From: Candidatus Roizmanbacteria bacterium RIFCSPLOWO2_01_FULL_35_13
GTDB lineage: Bacteria > Patescibacteriota > Microgenomatia > UBA1406 > GWC2-37-13
Length of the DNA: 64,000 bases
NCBI GenBank assembly: GCA_001789635.1
Contig: MGAF01000026.1
Location: forward strand, 5,055-69,054
Direction: 5' to 3'
Part shown: in pieces, positions 60,391 through 64,000 of the stretch
Position numbering within the stretch: the first letter of the stretch is position 1
Layout: each line of letters begins with the position of its first letter
Position numbers and translations under genes: made by a program
Notes under the pieces: model-generated
The model's database searches: none
What the model was told of the DNA's origin: nothing
What the model saw: the letters and a program-made list of their open reading frames with translations, nothing else

Positions 60391-61764
60391 TTAATCTGAG
60401 GCGATTACTTTTATTTGGCAAAGTTCACGAAAGCCGATTGCACCGTGTTCTCTTCCCATACCTGAATCTTTATACCCCCCAAATGGAGTACAAGTGAGCC
60501 AGTGATTCCCAGAATTTATGTCAATTGTTCCAGCTTCAATTCTGCTTGCTACGCGACTGGCTCTTTTTTTATTACTTGTATAAATTTGTGTTCCCAATCC
60601 ATAATTTGTATCATTAGCTAGATTTACTGCTTCTTCTTCAGATTCAAACGGAACGATTATCAGCATGGGACCAAAAACTTCCTCATTCCAAACCCGCATA
60701 TTTTTTTTAATGTTTGTTAATATTGTCGGTAAATAATAAGCTCCTTTCAGATTTTTTGGACGCTTACCTCCAGTGACAATTTTCGCTCCTTTTTTTATTG
60801 CATCTTCGACCTGAGATTCAAGTAATTCAAGTTGTCTTTTAGCCACCAATGAACCCTTTTGGGTTTTTTCATTTTCGGGATCTCCCACAATTCTTGTTTC
60901 CGCTAATTCTTTTAGTTTATTTACGGTTTTGTCAAACAGCGACTTATGAACAAGAAGTCTTTTTAAGGCGTCACAGGTCTGTCCGCAATTTCCGAAACGC
61001 TTTGCATACAGCCTGTCAATAATTTCATTTATGTTTGCATCCTCAAAAACAACTGCCGGATTTGAACCGCCCATCTCCAGAATTGCCTTTATATATTTTT
61101 CTCCTGCTTTTTTGTAAAGAAATTTTCCGACTTTTGAGCTACCGGTAAACCAGATAAGATCTACATTTTGATCCACCAGTTGTTCACCGATTTTTCCATC
61201 GCCATAGACTTCTGAAAAAACTCCTTTTGGTAGCTTTGCTTTTCTAACTATTTTTTCACATAATTTACCGGTTAAAGGGCATTCTTCAGAATGTTTTAAA
61301 ATTACCGTGTTGCCTGCTATTAGGTTAGGAATTATTCCCCACATAAAATTTCCCCAAGGAAAATTCCAAGGAACAATTACTGCCGCGACGCCAAGAGGTT
61401 CGCAAACGACTTTATGGAACTGTTTACTATCTTTGTAGGTTGTTTCATCAGCTAAATATTTTTCCCCGTTTTCAAGAAACCATCTGAAATATTCTTCGTC
61501 CCAATTAAGATCTTCTAAGACATTATGAACAGGTGTCCCTATCTCTTTTGAAGTAAGCTCTGCAATTTCTTTTTTTCTATTATTGAATTCCTGATATATT
61601 GGTTGTAGCATTTGAATTCTTTTCTTCACTCCAAGTTCTTTCCATGCAAGTTTTGCATCATTAGCTTCTTTAACTTTTTTCTTTATTTTTTGCAATGTAG
61701 AAACATTGACAGATCCGACTACTTCATAATTTTTTGCTGGGTTAGTCGAAACAAGTTTTTTCAT
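60391..61764 (-). CDS. NAD(P)-dependent aldehyde dehydrogenase
   Basis: EMGGSNP and FGNCGQTCDA (catalytic Cys context). Confidence 0.85.
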   Translation of the reverse strand: MKKLVSTNPAKNYEVVGSVNVSTLQKIKKKVKEANDAKLAWKELGVKKRIQMLQPIYQEFNNRKKEIAELTSKEIGTPVHNVLEDLNWDEEYFRWFLENGEKYLADETTYKDSKQFHKVVCEPLGVAAVIVPWNFPWGNFMWGIIPNLIAGNTVILKHSEECPLTGKLCEKIVRKAKLPKGVFSEVYGDGKIGEQLVDQNVDLIWFTGSSKVGKFLYKKAGEKYIKAILEMGGSNPAVVFEDANINEIIDRLYAKRFGNCGQTCDALKRLLVHKSLFDKTVNKLKELAETRIVGDPENEKTQKGSLVAKRQLELLESQVEDAIKKGAKIVTGGKRPKNLKGAYYLPTILTNIKKNMRVWNEEVFGPMLIIVPFESEEEAVNLANDTNYGLGTQIYTSNKKRASRVASRIEAGTIDINSGNHWLTCTPFGGYKDSGMGREHGAIGFRELCQIKVIASD

Positions 61765-62339
61765 ACTAAAATACTTTCTATGTCTGACAATATTTTATCA
61801 AATTTAGCATAACCACTTCTTTTATTAAAATGTCCGGCTCCAGAAATGAAAGTTAGTTGGATTCCGAGCCTTTTTGCTATTTCTTTGCCATTATCTAAAC
61901 AGGTATAGGGATCGTTATCTGAATGGTATACGAAAAAATGCTGCGCATTTGATTTAATCTTTTTCCAATCGAATCCATAACCATGTGCAAATTTGAAACC
62001 AGATTCATAAAAAGTATAAGGTTTTATTCCAACTGAGCCGGAAACTATAAATGCCGCGAATACCGGCTTATCTAATTTTTCCAAGATGCGAAGTAAAAAC
62101 AGTCCTCCACGGCTGTGGCCAATAAAAACGGTATTTTCGTCAACAAGTTTTTTATGCTTATCCAATATTTTTAAACGTGCTTCCAGAGAATCGTTTTGCT
62201 GATTTGGGAATTGTGGAACAATTACGCTATTTCCTTTTATTTCAAGTTCTTGTTTTAGCCAAGGAAACCAATTTCCGAGAGGATTTCCGTCCGTACCATG
62301 AAGAATAAAAAAAGTTCTTTTCATGATCGAATTATACAT
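61761..62339 (-). CDS. YdeN/RBBP9-type serine hydrolase
   Basis: FILHGTDGNPLGNWFPWLK, GHSRGG, SDNDPY, GHF. Confidence 0.65.
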   Translation of the reverse strand: MYNSIMKRTFFILHGTDGNPLGNWFPWLKQELEIKGNSVIVPQFPNQQNDSLEARLKILDKHKKLVDENTVFIGHSRGGLFLLRILEKLDKPVFAAFIVSGSVGIKPYTFYESGFKFAHGYGFDWKKIKSNAQHFFVYHSDNDPYTCLDNGKEIAKRLGIQLTFISGAGHFNKRSGYAKFDKILSDIESILV

Positions 62340-63885
62340 CAGTACCTACTGCTTCCGCAATATTTTTAAATCCGTCCTTCTGCAATTTGTCAATTAATCC
62401 AAGATTAATTTGGGGAATTAATTGAGGGCCTTGATAGATCATACCCGTAATTAACTGAATTAATGAAGCGCCAAGCCTGATTTTAGTATAGGCATCTTCA
62501 GCTGAGAAAATTCCGCCACAGCCGATGATGACTAATTTTTTACCGAAGTTTTTATAAGCCAATTTAATTAATTCGTTGGAGCGGTTAAAAGTCGGTTTAC
62601 CGCTGAAATAGCCTACTTTCCATATTTTGACCTCTTCTTTTACTAACGTCGGATCGTTTTTGTTTTTCTGCAGATTGCCGATTATGACACCGGTTAATTT
62701 ATATTCTGAAATTACCTTTAGAATATTTAGTGTTTGATTATTGGATAATTCGATCGGCATTTTGATGAAGATAGGCTTTTTTATTCTTAATTTTTGCACC
62801 GCCGATAAAAGTTGAGAAAGATTACGAAGTGGATAAAAACTGATTTCACCACCATGAATAATATTTGGGCAACTAATATTTAGTTCATAATAACTATTAT
62901 TGACCTTAGATCTCTCGAATTTTTTAAAGGCCGTGACAATATCTTCAATACTTTTATCCAAAGTTGATAATTTTATGGAGTTTGTTCTCCCTATACTAAT
63001 TCCGATCAGGATATCAAACCCTTCGACACCGCTCAGGGCAAGTCTTTTAATAATTGAATCGGCGCCTGGATTCTTAAATCCTTTATTTACCATTAGTGAT
63101 TTTGACATTGGAAGACGACCCAGTCTTGGTTTGGGATTGCCTTCATAAGGCATATTAGTTATCGTTCCAATTGTTTGAAAACCAAAACCTAATGCAGAAG
63201 AAATTAAGGGGAGCTTTGCTTCGTAATCAAATCCGGCTGCCAACCCGACAGGTAATTCGAAAGTTAAACCGGCGATTTTTTGCTGCAAACTTTTGTCTTT
63301 ATAGCGCGTAATTCTATTGACTAAATATTTTACCGGAGTGAGCTTCCCCAATAATTCGCCGTTGTCCAACATCCTTTCGTGAATAAATTCCGGATCTATT
63401 AGAAAAAATATTTTTCGCAAGAAATTTTGATAAGAAAAACCAAAAAAATAAAACAAAATCTCTCTTTTTTCTTTTCGCATGAAAATCATGACTAAGCTAA
63501 AAATAATAAAGCTGATAATCGCTGAAAAAGTGCAATAAAGACAAAGACTTTTAATAATAATTAACTGAAGATACATGAAGTAGATGGAAGCAAAGACTCC
63601 TATGGTTGACTGCAAGATAACTAAATAACTAAATATTTTACTTTTCGTTTTTAAAGAGATTAAACTGATAAAAAATAATATTAAGTAATGGATTAATCCA
63701 ATCAAGGCCAAAGGAATTCCAAAAAAATACGAGTAGTGACTGCCTAATACTTTTCTGCAGTCAATAAAAACATTGGTTGAGCAGGGCGGAATTGTTTTCG
63801 CGTAATGTTCATACGTCAGGTATCCGGAATCAATTATTCCTAATAAAGCGAGAAATAAAATTAAAAATAATATTTTTTGTTTCAT
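62332..63885 (-). CDS. pyrD: VKOR domain fused to dihydroorotate dehydrogenase
   Basis: The N-terminal ~140 aa have 4 TM helices, a loop Cys pair (CSTNVFIDC) and CLYC. The C-terminal part has LAAGFDYEAK, GNPKPRLGRL, ELNISCPN and GCGGIFSAEDAY. Confidence 0.8.
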   Translation of the reverse strand: MKQKILFLILFLALLGIIDSGYLTYEHYAKTIPPCSTNVFIDCRKVLGSHYSYFFGIPLALIGLIHYLILFFISLISLKTKSKIFSYLVILQSTIGVFASIYFMYLQLIIIKSLCLYCTFSAIISFIIFSLVMIFMRKEKREILFYFFGFSYQNFLRKIFFLIDPEFIHERMLDNGELLGKLTPVKYLVNRITRYKDKSLQQKIAGLTFELPVGLAAGFDYEAKLPLISSALGFGFQTIGTITNMPYEGNPKPRLGRLPMSKSLMVNKGFKNPGADSIIKRLALSGVEGFDILIGISIGRTNSIKLSTLDKSIEDIVTAFKKFERSKVNNSYYELNISCPNIIHGGEISFYPLRNLSQLLSAVQKLRIKKPIFIKMPIELSNNQTLNILKVISEYKLTGVIIGNLQKNKNDPTLVKEEVKIWKVGYFSGKPTFNRSNELIKLAYKNFGKKLVIIGCGGIFSAEDAYTKIRLGASLIQLITGMIYQGPQLIPQINLGLIDKLQKDGFKNIAEAVGTDV

Positions 63886-63905
63886 TTTTGTATTATTATA
63901 TCAAC

Positions 63906-64000
63906 ATGTATGAACAATATTTAATCGTCTACTGTCTGGCGGCTTTTATAATCGACTCTAAAAATAGAATACTTATCGTGAAGAAATCTTCTAGTGAGCA
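63906..64000 (+). CDS. partial ORF (Nudix-like N-terminus?), runs off the window
   Basis: MYEQYLIVYCLAAFIIDSKNRILIVKKSSSE..; only 31 codons are visible. Confidence 0.3.
   Translation, partial: MYEQYLIVYCLAAFIIDSKNRILIVKKSSSE

Noticed and set aside
1-64000. Autonomous mobile-element genes (transposase, integrase, reverse transcriptase/DGR, group II intron) that could mobilise the miniature repeats, and also rRNA/tRNA genes.
   Set aside because: None of the ORF translations shows DDE/HUH, tyrosine or serine recombinase, or RT motifs. The only tRNA-like structure found by eye is the tmRNA 3' domain.

Overview
This is an AT-rich, tightly packed bacterial window. Genes are short and often overlap. 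There are eight toxin-antitoxin or abortive-infection type modules, small GIY-YIG and four-helix-bundle genes, and many thiol-disulfide oxidoreductases. This looks like a reduced CPR/Patescibacteria-type genome, but that is inferred from content only, with no search run. TGA, TAA and TAG all act as stops, consistent with genetic code 11.

Recognisable content, left to right:
- A Fic gene with an in-frame stop, and two GIY-YIG cassettes.
- An ssrA (tmRNA)/smpB pair.
- HicAB, a methyltransferase and a Crp/Fnr regulator.
- A long copper locus: csoR, DUF1573, ccdA-like, cupredoxin, an inserted four-helix-bundle cassette, copA, a DsbD_2-cupredoxin fusion and copZ.
- A VKOR gene followed by a two-subunit [NiFe]-hydrogenase, with a maturation protease and HypC-like genes nearby.
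- A glycosidase and DipZ.
- HD and RNA-ligase genes, VapBC x2, Doc, HEPN/MNT and two AbiE-like modules.
- FTR1 and PepP.
- FNR-like, RnfD-like and cupredoxin genes, a NiCoT-like transporter, an aldehyde dehydrogenase, and a VKOR-dihydroorotate dehydrogenase fusion.

The least explained parts are:
1. A four-gene operon around a 2,494-aa protein that ends in a PPP-type phosphatase domain. It has a convergent 664-aa orphan gene and sits between two AbiE modules.
2. A divergent pair: a 1,209-aa polytopic membrane protein with nested repeats, and a 599-aa anchored surface protein.
3. Several families of miniature GC-rich palindromic elements and AT-rich heptamer arrays. Some sit in frame inside conserved genes (copA, pepP, an EamA transporter) and inside the tmRNA.

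I found no rRNA, tRNA, CRISPR array, transposase, integrase or reverse transcriptase.
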